Shown here piece by piece: positions 12,499 through 22,103 of a DNA stretch of 64,000 bases. The position numbers and the translations under genes were made by a program. The stretch is from Chthoniobacter flavus. GTDB lineage: Bacteria > Verrucomicrobiota > Verrucomicrobiia > Chthoniobacterales > JACTMZ01. How positions within the stretch are numbered: position 1 is the first letter of the stretch; each line of letters opens with the position of its first letter. A model generated the notes under the pieces. It had not been told where the DNA came from. It made no database searches and saw only the letters and a program-made list of their open reading frames with translations. Where the stretch lies: NCBI GenBank assembly GCA_945878135.1, contig CAMDUL010000002.1, positions 79,349-143,348 on the forward strand, given 5' to 3'.

Positions 12499-13925
12499 AA
12501 CCGAAGCCGTTCCTGCTCGGAGGTCGTGCCGTGACCACGGACGAGACAGCCGAGGTGCGCAATCCTTACAACGGGGACTTGGTGGCCGAAGTCTGCGCGG
12601 CCGGCGCGGGGGAAATCGCCCGGGCGCTGGATCTGGCGGCGGCGACGTTCGAAGAGACGCGGTATCAGGCCCCGGTCGACCGTGCGCACCTGCTGAACAA
12701 AATCGCCTCCACCATCGCGAAGCGGTCCGACGAGTTCGTCGAGTTGCTCGTCGCCGAGGCCGGCAAGCCGGTCACGCTGGCCAAGATCGAGGTGCAGCGC
12801 GCGCAATCGACTTTCGAACTGGCCGCGGCCGGCGCGCTCGAACCGAACGGCCATCCCATCGAGATGGGCGCCACCCCGGCCGGTGCGGGCCACGCCGGCC
12901 TCGCCCGACGCTTCCCCCTCGGCGTCATCCTCGGCATCACCCCCTTCAATTTCCCGCTCAATCTGGTCGCCCACAAAGTGGCGCCGTGTCTGGCCACCGG
13001 CAACACCATGATCCTCAAGCCGGCCATGAAAACGCCGCTCTGCGCCCTGCTGCTCGGCGAGATCCTCGCGGAGTGCGGCGCGCCGTCCGGTCAGGTCGCG
13101 TTCCTGCCTTTCTCGCACCAGCACGTCGACACCCTGCTGCGCGACCCCCGGATCAAGATGCTCTCCTTCACCGGCGGGGTGGACGTCGGGTGGCAACTCA
13201 AAGCCAAGGCGGTCAAACAAAAGATCACCCTCGAACTGGGCGGCAACGCGGCCTGCGTGGTCGAACCGGACTCCGACTGGCGGAGGCACGCCGCCAAGAT
13301 GGCGGTGGGCGCGTTCGCCTACGCCGGTCAGTCGTGCATCAGCGTGCAGCGCATCTTCGCGCAGGCGGAGATCTACGATGAATTCAAAGACGCGTTCCTC
13401 GCGGCGGTCGGCGGGAAAGCGGTGGCCGGCGACCCGCGCGACGCGAAGACGCTGGTCGGACCGATGATCACCAAGGCGGCACTGGACAATGTGGTCGGCT
13501 GGATCAAGGACGCGGAAAAACGGGGGGCCAGGTTGCTCACGCCGCTCAAGGTCGACGGACAGGTCCTGCATCCGGTCGTCCTGGAAAACGTCCCGCGCGA
13601 CGCGGCCGTCTCCTGCGAGGAAGCCTTCGCGCCGGTGGTCGTTCTTGAAAGCTACCGCACTTATGACGAGGGGCTGGCCGCGGTGAACGACTCAAAGTTC
13701 GGTCTCCAAGCCGGCGTCTTCACCGGCGATCTGGGCAAGGCCTACCGCGCTTATGACACTCTTGACGTCGGCGGCGTTCTGATCAACCAGGTCCCGACGT
13801 TCCGCACGGAAAACATGCCCTACGGCGGGGTCAAGGACAGCGGGTTCGGACGCGAGGGCGTCCGCTACGCCATGGAGGACATGACGGAACTCAAGTCGCT
13901 GGTCATCAACGAACGCGGGCTCTGA
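12495..13925 (+). CDS. NAD(P)-dependent aldehyde dehydrogenase
   Basis: The motif 'ITLELGGNAA' and the catalytic Cys motif 'FAYAGQSCISVQR' are present, together with the C-terminal 'PYGGVKDSGFGREG'. Its start overlaps the upstream gene's stop (ATGA). Confidence 0.9.
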   Translation: MKPKPFLLGGRAVTTDETAEVRNPYNGDLVAEVCAAGAGEIARALDLAAATFEETRYQAPVDRAHLLNKIASTIAKRSDEFVELLVAEAGKPVTLAKIEVQRAQSTFELAAAGALEPNGHPIEMGATPAGAGHAGLARRFPLGVILGITPFNFPLNLVAHKVAPCLATGNTMILKPAMKTPLCALLLGEILAECGAPSGQVAFLPFSHQHVDTLLRDPRIKMLSFTGGVDVGWQLKAKAVKQKITLELGGNAACVVEPDSDWRRHAAKMAVGAFAYAGQSCISVQRIFAQAEIYDEFKDAFLAAVGGKAVAGDPRDAKTLVGPMITKAALDNVVGWIKDAEKRGARLLTPLKVDGQVLHPVVLENVPRDAAVSCEEAFAPVVVLESYRTYDEGLAAVNDSKFGLQAGVFTGDLGKAYRAYDTLDVGGVLINQVPTFRTENMPYGGVKDSGFGREGVRYAMEDMTELKSLVINERGL

Positions 13926-13931
13926 CCGCGC

Positions 13932-14384
13932 ATGCTGCACGTCGTCCTTGTCGAGCCCGAGATCCCGCAAAACACGGGGAACATCGCGCGGACCTGTCTC
14001 GCGGCGGGGGCGTGCCTGCATCTCGCCGGACCACTCGGTTTCGTCATCGACGGCGCCGCTTTGCGGCGCGCCGGGATGGATTACTGGGAGCAGTGCGACG
14101 TGCGGCGGTGGGAGTCCCTCGGGGATTTGCGCCGCGCAGCCGGGGGCGCGCGTTTCCATTTCCTGACCACCAAAGCTACGCGCCCCTACTGGGAGACCGA
14201 TTTCACCGATGGCGACTATCTGGTCTTCGGGCGGGAGACGCGCGGATTGCCGGAGAGCCTGCTGGCCGCGGAGAGCGCGCATCTTTTGACCATCCCGATG
14301 GCGGCGGGGGCGCGCAGTCTGAACTTGGCCACTTCGGTTGGGATTGTGCTTTACGAAGCTTGCAGGCAACTTCGCGCGGGATGA
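13932..14384 (+). CDS. trmL: tRNA (cytidine/uridine-2'-O)-methyltransferase (SpoU/TrmL type)
   Basis: The sequences 'MLHVVLVEPEIPQNTGNIARTC' and 'LVFGRETRGLPE...IPM...RSLNLATSVGIVLYE' are present. Confidence 0.9.
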   Translation: MLHVVLVEPEIPQNTGNIARTCLAAGACLHLAGPLGFVIDGAALRRAGMDYWEQCDVRRWESLGDLRRAAGGARFHFLTTKATRPYWETDFTDGDYLVFGRETRGLPESLLAAESAHLLTIPMAAGARSLNLATSVGIVLYEACRQLRAG

Positions 14385-14944
14385 AAAAACAGTCCGACAC
14401 GGCGCCGGCGACGGAGCAGAAGCGCGTCCTTTTCCTCTGCAGCGGTAATTACTATCGCAGCCGGCTGGCCGAAATTTTGTTCAATCACGAGGCCGCCGCG
14501 GCCGGGATCCCTTGGGTTGCGGACTCGCGCGGAATGCTGGCGGCCGGCGAGCTGAAAGGCCTGTCGGAGCACGCTGCGAGCTACCTCAAGGTGGCCGGTT
14601 TGGACGCGCTCCTGGCGGAAAAGCCCCGCGATCCGCTGGTGGCCGACATCGAGGACCTGACTGGCTCGGATCTGGTCGTCGGGATGTGCCGCGAGGAGCA
14701 CAAAAGTATGGTCGAGCAAAAGTTCCTCGCCCTGGCCAAGGCCATGCACAAAACCGGACGCCTCCGTTACTGGCACGTTTACGACATTCCGGGCCGCCCG
14801 CCCGCCATTGTCCGATTGCTCGGCGGCGGCCACCGGTCACCCAGCCAACCAGCGAGGAGCGGAACCGAGCATATCGCTTTGGCCATCAAGGCCTTGGTCG
14901 CGGAATTGAAGTCCGGTGACAGCCACACAAAAGAGAATGTATAA
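14381..14944 (+). CDS. low-molecular-weight protein-tyrosine phosphatase / ArsC-like
   Basis: The P-loop 'VLFLCSGNYYRSRLAE' (CX5R) is present. The start is at 'MKKQSD', overlapping the trmL stop (ATGA). Confidence 0.8.
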   Translation: MKKQSDTAPATEQKRVLFLCSGNYYRSRLAEILFNHEAAAAGIPWVADSRGMLAAGELKGLSEHAASYLKVAGLDALLAEKPRDPLVADIEDLTGSDLVVGMCREEHKSMVEQKFLALAKAMHKTGRLRYWHVYDIPGRPPAIVRLLGGGHRSPSQPARSGTEHIALAIKALVAELKSGDSHTKENV

Positions 14945-15013
14945 TCGTAAGTGACCGCGTTCGGGGATTTTTCACTGGCCAGCTGGGCGACTCTGTGCTA
15001 GGATTTTTGTCTT

Positions 15014-15313
15014 ATGCCGATCCAGAGAAAAAGTGCCTTTTCGCGCCGGTTGCCGGACTTGGTGACCGAGGAATTGGTCAGTGTGCTTTCCAAGAAAAGC
15101 TCCTTTGAATTCAAACAGCTCTTCGATTTGGTCCACGAGAAATTGCGCAAGCGCAACGCGGCCAGCGGGGGCGAGGAAATGCTCCGTCTGAGGGCCTACG
15201 AAAAGCTGCAGAATCTCGTTTCCCGCGGCATGGTCAAGAAGACGGGCAAGAAATACCGCGGCCTGGCTTCTCTGGCCAACGCCCTCGAGCCCGCCGACGT
15301 GCCGGCTCGCTGA
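15014..15313 (+). CDS. hypothetical small basic protein
   Basis: The 99-aa ORF has a balanced K/E-rich composition, unlike the Arg/Ala-rich overlapping minus-strand ORF 14972..15454. It ends 17 nt before nuoA. I recognised no family. Confidence 0.4.
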   Translation: MPIQRKSAFSRRLPDLVTEELVSVLSKKSSFEFKQLFDLVHEKLRKRNAASGGEEMLRLRAYEKLQNLVSRGMVKKTGKKYRGLASLANALEPADVPAR

Positions 15314-15329
15314 ACCAGCCCCGCCTTTC

Positions 15330-15707
15330 ATGCTCACCGGGCAATACCTGCCGCTGGCCCTGCACATCGTGGTCGCGGTGGGCTTGGCTGTTTCCATCTT
15401 TGCCGCCAGCCTCCTGCTCGGAAGGGCCGGCAAGCGGACGCCGGACAAAGACATGGCCTACGAGTGCGGCATGCCCGTGCGCGAGGCCGCCGCGCCGCGC
15501 TTCAGCGTGAAGTTCTACCTCGTGGCCATGCTCTTCATCCTCTTCGATATCGAGGTTGTCTTCATGTATCCGTGGGCCGTGGTTTACCGCGACTTTCTGG
15601 CGCAGCACGGGAGCGTCATCTTCTGGAGCATGGCGGGCTTTGTCACCGTGCTGACCATCGGCTACGTCTACGCGGTCAAAAAAGGCGCCCTCGACTGGCG
15701 GAACTGA
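15330..15707 (+). CDS. nuoA: NADH-quinone oxidoreductase subunit A
   Basis: The sequence 'AYECGMP...RFSVKFYLVAMLFILFDIEVVFMYPWAVV' is diagnostic for NuoA/ND3. No nuoB follows it. Confidence 0.9.
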   Translation: MLTGQYLPLALHIVVAVGLAVSIFAASLLLGRAGKRTPDKDMAYECGMPVREAAAPRFSVKFYLVAMLFILFDIEVVFMYPWAVVYRDFLAQHGSVIFWSMAGFVTVLTIGYVYAVKKGALDWRN

Positions 15708-15759
15708 AACCCGGGCGCCGGTCTCGTCTCGATCGGTCCCACCGCGGGGCGTGGCTCCC

Positions 15760-17130
15760 TCAGACTTCTTCGAGAATTCCGGCCAGCTTCCCGGCCAGAA
15801 AATCCGAGTCTTCCGGAGTGATGGCAAACGGCGGGGAAAGCGAGAGCACGTTGCCGTGGCGTCCCCCGGCCAGCAAAAGCAGTCCTTCGCGCAAAGCGCC
15901 GGTCACGCACCGGCCCGCAGTTTCCGCATCGGGTGAGCCGTCGGCCCGGACCATTTCCACGCCGACCAACAACCCCGTTCCGCGCACCTCGCCGATACGC
16001 GGGGAGACGATTCGGCGCAGCGCGCCGCGCAGGTGGCGTCCGGCCGCCCGCACCTGTTCCGCCGCCTCCGGCTTGGCATGTTCCCGCAAGGCGGCCAGCG
16101 CCATGGCGCAGCCGAGCGGGTTGCCGAGAAACGTGCTGGTGTGCAGCGCTTCGCCCGCCGACTCCGGCCAGGCGTCCATCACATCGGCACGGCCCACGCA
16201 GGCGGAGAGCGGAAAACCCGAGGTCAGCGCCTTGCCCAGACAAATGATGTCCGGCACGACGTCCGAGTGGTCGCAGGCGAAGAGGCGTCCGGTGCGGTTG
16301 AAGCCGGTGTAGATCTCGTCGGCCACGAGAAGGATTTTTTCCTCGTCGCAGATCCGCCGCAGCAGGCGCAGGAAATCGCGCGGCGGCACCACTTCCCCGC
16401 CCCGTCCCTGCACCGGCTCGACCAGGATCGCGCCGATTTCGCGGCGGCGGATTTCGCCGTGCAGACGGTTTTGCAAATCGCCGAGGCAGGCGGAAGAGCA
16501 ATTGGGAAACTCACCGCCCTCCAAGGCGAAGCCGCCGCCGTGGCCGAAAGGACAGCGGTAGCAATACGGATAGGGCACGCGGACCGCGAAGCGTCCGAGT
16601 TGCGCGGCAAAGGGTCGGCGGAAAAATTCCAGGGCCGACGCCTCCAAGGCGCCGTAACCCAGCCCGTGATACGCTCCTTCGAAAACCAGCACGCCGGGCT
16701 TGCCGCTGTGCAGCACCGCGGTTTTCAACGCGGCTTCGATCGCATCCGAGCCGGAGTTTCCGAGGATCACTTTGCCGCGGCCCGCTCCCCAGCGGCCGAA
16801 GGTCATTTCGGCGAGCATTTCGCAGAGTTCGACTTTGCTCTCCGCGGGGTGCACGTCGCCCATGGCGTGGAGCAGTCGCGCCGATTGCCCGACAAGCGCT
16901 TCGCGCACGGGCTGCGCCGCGTGGCCCAAACCCGCCACCCCGAAGCCCGCGGTGAAATCGAGGAACCGGTTGCCGTCCGCATCCCAGACATTCACGCCGT
17001 CCGCGCGTTCCCAAAAAACCGGCCAGTGTTCGCCCACCATGGTCACGTTGCGCGACTCGGCACGGCGCAGGCGGACCGCCAACTCGCGCGAGCGCGGCCC
17101 GGGAATTTCGGTGCGCAGTTCAGGCAGCAT
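15760..17130 (-). CDS. class-III (acetylornithine/GABA-type) PLP aminotransferase
   Basis: The motifs 'GNSGSDAIEAALK', 'ILLVADEIYTGFNRTG' and 'DIICLGKALTSGFP' (PLP lysine) are present. Confidence 0.9.
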   Translation of the reverse strand: MLPELRTEIPGPRSRELAVRLRRAESRNVTMVGEHWPVFWERADGVNVWDADGNRFLDFTAGFGVAGLGHAAQPVREALVGQSARLLHAMGDVHPAESKVELCEMLAEMTFGRWGAGRGKVILGNSGSDAIEAALKTAVLHSGKPGVLVFEGAYHGLGYGALEASALEFFRRPFAAQLGRFAVRVPYPYCYRCPFGHGGGFALEGGEFPNCSSACLGDLQNRLHGEIRRREIGAILVEPVQGRGGEVVPPRDFLRLLRRICDEEKILLVADEIYTGFNRTGRLFACDHSDVVPDIICLGKALTSGFPLSACVGRADVMDAWPESAGEALHTSTFLGNPLGCAMALAALREHAKPEAAEQVRAAGRHLRGALRRIVSPRIGEVRGTGLLVGVEMVRADGSPDAETAGRCVTGALREGLLLLAGGRHGNVLSLSPPFAITPEDSDFLAGKLAGILEEV

Positions 17131-17261
17131 GGCCGGACGGCAAATCTTTCACGCCCAAAGCTCTAGCAGCGGTCGCCCGTCCTGTCAGGCGCGACCTCGC
17201 CGCGGGCAAATCATCTTGCCTTGGCTGCGCACGTTGATAACGATGGCAAGGTTTAAGGCGC

Positions 17262-17729
17262 ATGACCCTGTCGAGTTTGCTCACAGTCGGGCAGATCATA
17301 CCCGAAATGAAGGCGACGGAGCGTTGGCCGGCGATCACCGAGATCGTGGACCTGCTCGTGGCGACCCGACGTATTGGACCGCAAGACCGCGAGAGCGTGC
17401 TGGCGGCCCTCAAACAGCGCGAGGAGACGATGAGCACCGGCATCGGCTTCGGCATCGCCATCCCGCACGCCTCCTCGGAACACGTCGGCGAAGTGGTGGC
17501 CGCTTTCGGACGCTCCACCGCCGGCATCGAATTCGACTCGCTCGACAACGAACTGGTCCACTTCATCGTCCTCTTCGTCGTCCCGCGCGACCAGTTCCAG
17601 GTCCATCTGCGCACCCTCGCCGCCATCGCCAAGTTCCTCAACGACCGCACGGTGCGCGAACAACTGGCTGCCGCGCCCGACGCGGAAGCCATCCTGCAGG
17701 TCTTCGCCAGCCGCGGCGGCCCGCGCTGA
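17262..17729 (+). CDS. ptsN: PTS EIIA-Ntr type regulatory protein
   Basis: The PTS_EIIA_2 signature 'TGIGFGIAIPHA' with the phospho-His is present, at 155 aa. Confidence 0.8.
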   Translation: MTLSSLLTVGQIIPEMKATERWPAITEIVDLLVATRRIGPQDRESVLAALKQREETMSTGIGFGIAIPHASSEHVGEVVAAFGRSTAGIEFDSLDNELVHFIVLFVVPRDQFQVHLRTLAAIAKFLNDRTVREQLAAAPDAEAILQVFASRGGPR

Positions 17730-19442
17730 ATGAGCGCCACACCGCAGGCCGTGCTGACCGGGCGGCTGCACGCGGCCATGGTCGCGTGCGGATTGCCACC
17801 CGAGCGCGGCGAAGTCACCGCCGCAGCCGACACCCGCTTCGGCGACTACCAAGCCAACGCGGCCATGGTCCTGGCCAAACAAGCGAAAGCCAACCCGCGC
17901 GAACTGGCCGCGAAGATCGCCGATTATTTCGAAGGCGGCGAGGTCTGCGAAAAACCGGAAATTGCCGGACCCGGCTTCCTCAACTTCCGCCTCAAACCGC
18001 AGTGGATCTCCCGCCGGTTGCGCGACCTCTCGGGCGATGCGCGCTGCGGCGTTCCCGAAACGGACCGCCCGCAACGTGTCGTCATCGACTTCAGCTCGCC
18101 CAACATCGCGAAGCCGATGCATGTCGGACACATCCGCAGCACCATCCTCGGCGACGCGCTGGCCCGCATCGCGCGGTTCCTCGGACACGAAGTGGTGACC
18201 GACAACCACCTCGGCGACTGGGGCACGCAATTCGGGAAAGTCCTCTACGGGTGGAAGCACCTGCTTGACCGCGCCGCGCTGGAGCGCGATCCGATCGCCG
18301 AAATGACCCGCCTTTACCGCGAGGTCAACGCCCTCGAGCAGACCGACCCCGCCGTGCACAAGGCCGCGCGCGAAGAATTGGTCAAACTCCAGCAGGGCGA
18401 TCCCGAGAACCGCGCCATCTGGCAGCAACTGGTCGATCTGTCGTGGAGCGAATTCGAGGACATCTACGAGAAACTCGGCGTCCGCTTCGACGAGCGGCTC
18501 GGCGAAAGCTTCTACGATCCGGCGCTGGCCGCGCTGGTCGACAGACTGCTCGGCAACGGCGTTGCGCAAATCAGCGAGGGCGCCGCCTGCATTTTCTTTC
18601 CCGGCATCGCCGCGCTGGCCGACAAACCCTGCCTCATCCGCAAAAGCGACGGGGGCTTCCTCTACGCGACGACCGACCTGGCCACCATCGAATACCGCGT
18701 CGAGCGTTGGGAACCGCACGCCGTCTGGTATGTGACCGGCGCGCCGCAGCAACTCCATTTCCAGCAGGTCTTCGCCGCGGCGCAACGCATGGGCGTGGCG
18801 ACCAGGCTGGAGCACATCGCGTTCGGCAGCATCCTCGGCGAGGACCACAAGCTCATGAAGACGCGCTCGGGCGACAATGTCCCGTTGCGCGACCTGCTCG
18901 ACGAGGCCGTGGCCCGCGCCCGCGCCATGATCGAGGAAAAGAATTCCGAGCTGCCCGCGGAGGAGAAGGACCACATCGCGCGCATCGTCGGAATCGGCGC
19001 GGTCAAATACGCCGAACTCTCCCAGCACCGCATGACCGACTACGTTTTTTCCTGGTCGAAAATGCTCAGCCTGCAGGGCAACACCGCACCGTATCTGCAA
19101 AACGCCTACGTCCGGGTGCGTTCCATCTTCCGCAAGCTCGGCGCGGAACTCGGCACGGCGCAGGAGGTTGTCCTGACCGAACCCGCCGAACTGGCCCTGG
19201 CCAAAAAACTCCTCCAATTCGGCGAAGCCGTGCCCCTGGTGCTCCACGAATTCCGTCCGAACCTGCTGGCCAACCACCTTTTCGAGACCGCCAATGCCTT
19301 CCACACCTTTTACGAAGCCTGCCCGGTGCTGAAGTCCGAAGGCGTGACCCAACACTCCCGCCTCGTCCTCTGCGAAGCCACCGCCCGCGTGCTCAAACAG
19401 GGCCTCGATCTCCTCGGGGTCGACGTGCCGGAGCGGATGTAA
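17730..19442 (+). CDS. argS: arginine--tRNA ligase
   Basis: The HIGH-region motif 'SSPNIAKPMHVGHIRST' and the class-I motif 'KMKTRSG' are present, together with a C-terminal DALR anticodon-binding domain. Confidence 0.95.
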   Translation: MSATPQAVLTGRLHAAMVACGLPPERGEVTAAADTRFGDYQANAAMVLAKQAKANPRELAAKIADYFEGGEVCEKPEIAGPGFLNFRLKPQWISRRLRDLSGDARCGVPETDRPQRVVIDFSSPNIAKPMHVGHIRSTILGDALARIARFLGHEVVTDNHLGDWGTQFGKVLYGWKHLLDRAALERDPIAEMTRLYREVNALEQTDPAVHKAAREELVKLQQGDPENRAIWQQLVDLSWSEFEDIYEKLGVRFDERLGESFYDPALAALVDRLLGNGVAQISEGAACIFFPGIAALADKPCLIRKSDGGFLYATTDLATIEYRVERWEPHAVWYVTGAPQQLHFQQVFAAAQRMGVATRLEHIAFGSILGEDHKLMKTRSGDNVPLRDLLDEAVARARAMIEEKNSELPAEEKDHIARIVGIGAVKYAELSQHRMTDYVFSWSKMLSLQGNTAPYLQNAYVRVRSIFRKLGAELGTAQEVVLTEPAELALAKKLLQFGEAVPLVLHEFRPNLLANHLFETANAFHTFYEACPVLKSEGVTQHSRLVLCEATARVLKQGLDLLGVDVPERM

Positions 19443-19473
19443 CTGCAGAGTGGCAGCGGCGTCCCCGATGCCT

Positions 19474-20856
19474 CTACCTGTCGAGGAACTTCCCCGGGTT
19501 CAGCAGATCCTCCGGGTCCAGCGCGCGCTTGATCCGCCGGTGCAACCCGTCCGCGCCCGCCTCGACCGCATCCTTCCACCAATGCTTCTTGGCCAACCCC
19601 ACCCCGTGCTCGCCGGTGATGCTACCGCCCATGGAGAGCACACCGCGGAAAAGCGCATCCAGCGCGCGGTCCATACGCTCTTTCGTCGCCGGATCATCGG
19701 GGTTTTCCACCATCAAATTGACATGGATATTCCCGTCGCCCGCATGCCCGAAGCACGCGACAGGAACGTCATAGTCCCGCCCGAGTTGCGCGCCGAACTC
19801 GACCAGCTCGACCAGCTTCCCGCGCGGCACCACGATGTCCTCGTTGAGTTTTTTCAGTCCGGTCGCCTTCAACGATTCGGAAAATCCGCGGCGAAGCGCC
19901 CACAGGCGGTCGCATCCCTCGCCGGTCATCGCGGTCTCGACCGAAACCGCGCGCGCCTCCTTGAGCAGGGCGGTCAACCCGGACACCTCCGCCTGCACGC
20001 TGACCTCTTGCCCGTCGATCTCCACGAGCAAATGCGCCTCCCCCGGGGGGATCGCCGTTTCCGCGGCCGCGTGCTTGCGCGCCGCCTCGAGCGTGAAACG
20101 GTCGGCGATTTCCACCGCGGACGGCAAATGGCCCCGCGCGAAGATCGATTGCACCGCGGCAGCCGCCGACCGCATGTCGGGAAAGCTCGCCGAAAGCACC
20201 GCGCGCGACGGCGGCCACGGCAGCAGACGGAGCGTTGCTTCGGTCACGATCCCGAGCATCCCTTCCGATCCGGTGAACAGCCCGACCAGATCGAAACCCG
20301 TCTTGTTCTTGTGCGTCCGCCCCCCGACGCGCGCCACCGTGCCGTCGGCCAGCACCACTTCGAGCCCGAGAACGTAATGGCGCGTCACCCCGTATTTCAG
20401 GCAGCGCGGACCGCCCGCATTGGTCGCGATATTCCCGCCGATGCTGCAGTCTTTGAGGCTGGCCGGATCGGGCGGATAAAAAAGACCTTTGCTCCGGGCC
20501 GCTTCCTGCAGGCGCCCGGTGATCACACCCGGTTCGACCACCGCGACGAAATCCTCCGCGCTCACTTCCTTGATGCGGTCCATGCGCGCGGTCGAGAGCA
20601 CGATCCCCCCGCGCACCGGCACGCATCCGCCCACATAGCCGTATCCCGACCCGCGGGTGGTCACGGGAATTTTTCCACGCGCCGCGATCTTCATCACACC
20701 GGCGACGGACGCCGTCGAGCGCGCAAAGACCACGGCCTCGGGCGTATTCCGGGCGAACCACTTGTCCCCCGCCGCCGCGGCAAGGGAAGCGTCGTCGGTC
20801 CGCACGCCGTCGATGCCGGCGATCCGGCGCAGTTCGTCGATGATCCGCGCGTCCAC
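19474..20856 (-). CDS. FAD-linked oxidase (GlcD / D-lactate dehydrogenase family)
   Basis: It has an FAD_binding_4 N-terminal domain ('PVTTRGSGYGYVGG') and the C-terminal 'ITGEHGVGLAKK'. The start is set at the GTG at 20856, just downstream of the fabI stop. The track's ATG at 20994 lies inside fabI. Confidence 0.85.
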   Translation of the reverse strand: MDARIIDELRRIAGIDGVRTDDASLAAAAGDKWFARNTPEAVVFARSTASVAGVMKIAARGKIPVTTRGSGYGYVGGCVPVRGGIVLSTARMDRIKEVSAEDFVAVVEPGVITGRLQEAARSKGLFYPPDPASLKDCSIGGNIATNAGGPRCLKYGVTRHYVLGLEVVLADGTVARVGGRTHKNKTGFDLVGLFTGSEGMLGIVTEATLRLLPWPPSRAVLSASFPDMRSAAAAVQSIFARGHLPSAVEIADRFTLEAARKHAAAETAIPPGEAHLLVEIDGQEVSVQAEVSGLTALLKEARAVSVETAMTGEGCDRLWALRRGFSESLKATGLKKLNEDIVVPRGKLVELVEFGAQLGRDYDVPVACFGHAGDGNIHVNLMVENPDDPATKERMDRALDALFRGVLSMGGSITGEHGVGLAKKHWWKDAVEAGADGLHRRIKRALDPEDLLNPGKFLDR

Positions 20857-20860
20857 GCGT

Positions 20861-21643
20861 TTACATTCCCATGATCTCGTAGCCGCCGTCCACGTAAAGC
20901 ACCTGGCCGGTGATGGACGCCGCGCCGTCGCTGGCGAGGAAAGCCCCCGTTGCGCCCAGTTCCTCCAGTGTGCAGCTACGCTTGAGCGGCGCATGCTCCT
21001 GGTAGTGCTTCATCATGAGACTCAAACCGGAAACACCTCGGGCAGCCAGGGTGTTCATCGGTCCGGCGCTGATGCAGTTCACGCGGATTTTTTTCGCGCC
21101 GAGATCGTAGGCGAGGTAGCGCGTCGAAGATTCCAGCGCCGCTTTGGCCACGCCCATCACGTTGTAATGCGGCACGACTTTCACGCTCCCGAGATAGCTC
21201 ATGGCCACGATGCTGCCGCCGGAGGTCATCATCGGTGCCGCCGCGCGAGAGAGCGCGACCAGCGAGTAGGCGCTGATGTCCAAGGCGGTGGAAAACGCGG
21301 AGCGCGAGGTCGAAACAAAATCCCCCTCCAGCGCCTCCTTGGGGGCGAAGGCCACGGAATGGAGCAGCAAGTCGAGTTGGCCGGTGCGCTCTTTCACCTT
21401 GTCGAAGAACGCGGCGATTTCCCCGTCCTTGGAAACATCGCAGGGGTAAACCGGGACGTCCGCGCCGAATTCCGCGACCAACTCCTCGACGTTCTCCTTC
21501 ACCCTCTCGCCCTGGTAATTGAAGATGAGATTCGCGCCCGCCTCCTTCCAGGCTTTGGCGATGGCCCACGCGATGCTGCGTTTGTTGGCCACGCCGAAAA
21601 CCACCCCTGTTTTGCCTTCGAGAATTCCTTTGCTCATAAGCAC
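20861..21643 (-). CDS. fabI: enoyl-[acyl-carrier-protein] reductase (NADH)
   Basis: The sequence 'GKTGVVFGVANKRSIAWAIA...' and the Tyr/Lys active-site region 'SYLGSVKVVPHYNVMGVAKAALE' are present. Confidence 0.95.
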   Translation of the reverse strand: MLMSKGILEGKTGVVFGVANKRSIAWAIAKAWKEAGANLIFNYQGERVKENVEELVAEFGADVPVYPCDVSKDGEIAAFFDKVKERTGQLDLLLHSVAFAPKEALEGDFVSTSRSAFSTALDISAYSLVALSRAAAPMMTSGGSIVAMSYLGSVKVVPHYNVMGVAKAALESSTRYLAYDLGAKKIRVNCISAGPMNTLAARGVSGLSLMMKHYQEHAPLKRSCTLEELGATGAFLASDGAASITGQVLYVDGGYEIMGM

Positions 21644-21671
21644 CGAGCATCCCAGAACCGGCGCGCCAAGG

Positions 21672-22103
21672 TCAATGGTGCGCGTCGGTTCCCAGGACCG
21701 ACACGACGATTTCCCGCCGGTGCGGCGCGTGGCGGTGTTCGAGGAGGAAAATGCCCTGCCACGTCCCGAGCGCCATGCGGCCGCCGGCCACCGGAATGGT
21801 TTCGCTCGTGCGGGTCACGGTCATGCGAAGGTGGCTGGCCGTGTCGTCCGGACCCTCCATGGTGTGGACATGCCACGCTTGGCCGTCGGGGGCGAGACGG
21901 TCGAGAAACTCGTGCAGGTCGTCGCGGGCCGAAGGGTCGGCGTTTTCGAAAATGACGAGACTGGCGCTGGTGTGGCGCACGAACACCGTGACCAGGCCCT
22001 CGCGCAGGCCCGAGGCCCCGAGGATCCGCGCGACCTCCCCGGTGATTTCGTAACTCCCGCGCCCGCGCGTGCGGACTTCGAAACTATCCGTCTTCGCGAT
22101 CAT
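21672..22103 (-). CDS. YjbQ/UPF0047 family protein (secondary thiamine-phosphate synthase-like), copy 1
   Basis: The sequence 'VTVFVRHTSASLVIFENADP...GPDDTASHLRMT...LGTWQGIFLLEHR' is present. Confidence 0.85.
   Translation of the reverse strand: MIAKTDSFEVRTRGRGSYEITGEVARILGASGLREGLVTVFVRHTSASLVIFENADPSARDDLHEFLDRLAPDGQAWHVHTMEGPDDTASHLRMTVTRTSETIPVAGGRMALGTWQGIFLLEHRHAPHRREIVVSVLGTDAHH

Noticed and set aside
14972-15454. A 160-aa minus-strand ORF overlaps the 99-aa hypothetical gene and the nuoA start.
   Set aside because: It is antisense to the unambiguous nuoA and has Ala/Gly/Arg-rich composition. The plus-strand 99-aa ORF has a more protein-like composition and operon position.
17253-19355. 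A 700-aa minus-strand ORF lies antisense to ptsN and argS.
   Set aside because: It is a shadow ORF. argS and ptsN on the plus strand carry diagnostic motifs (HIGH/KMSK-like, EIIA His).
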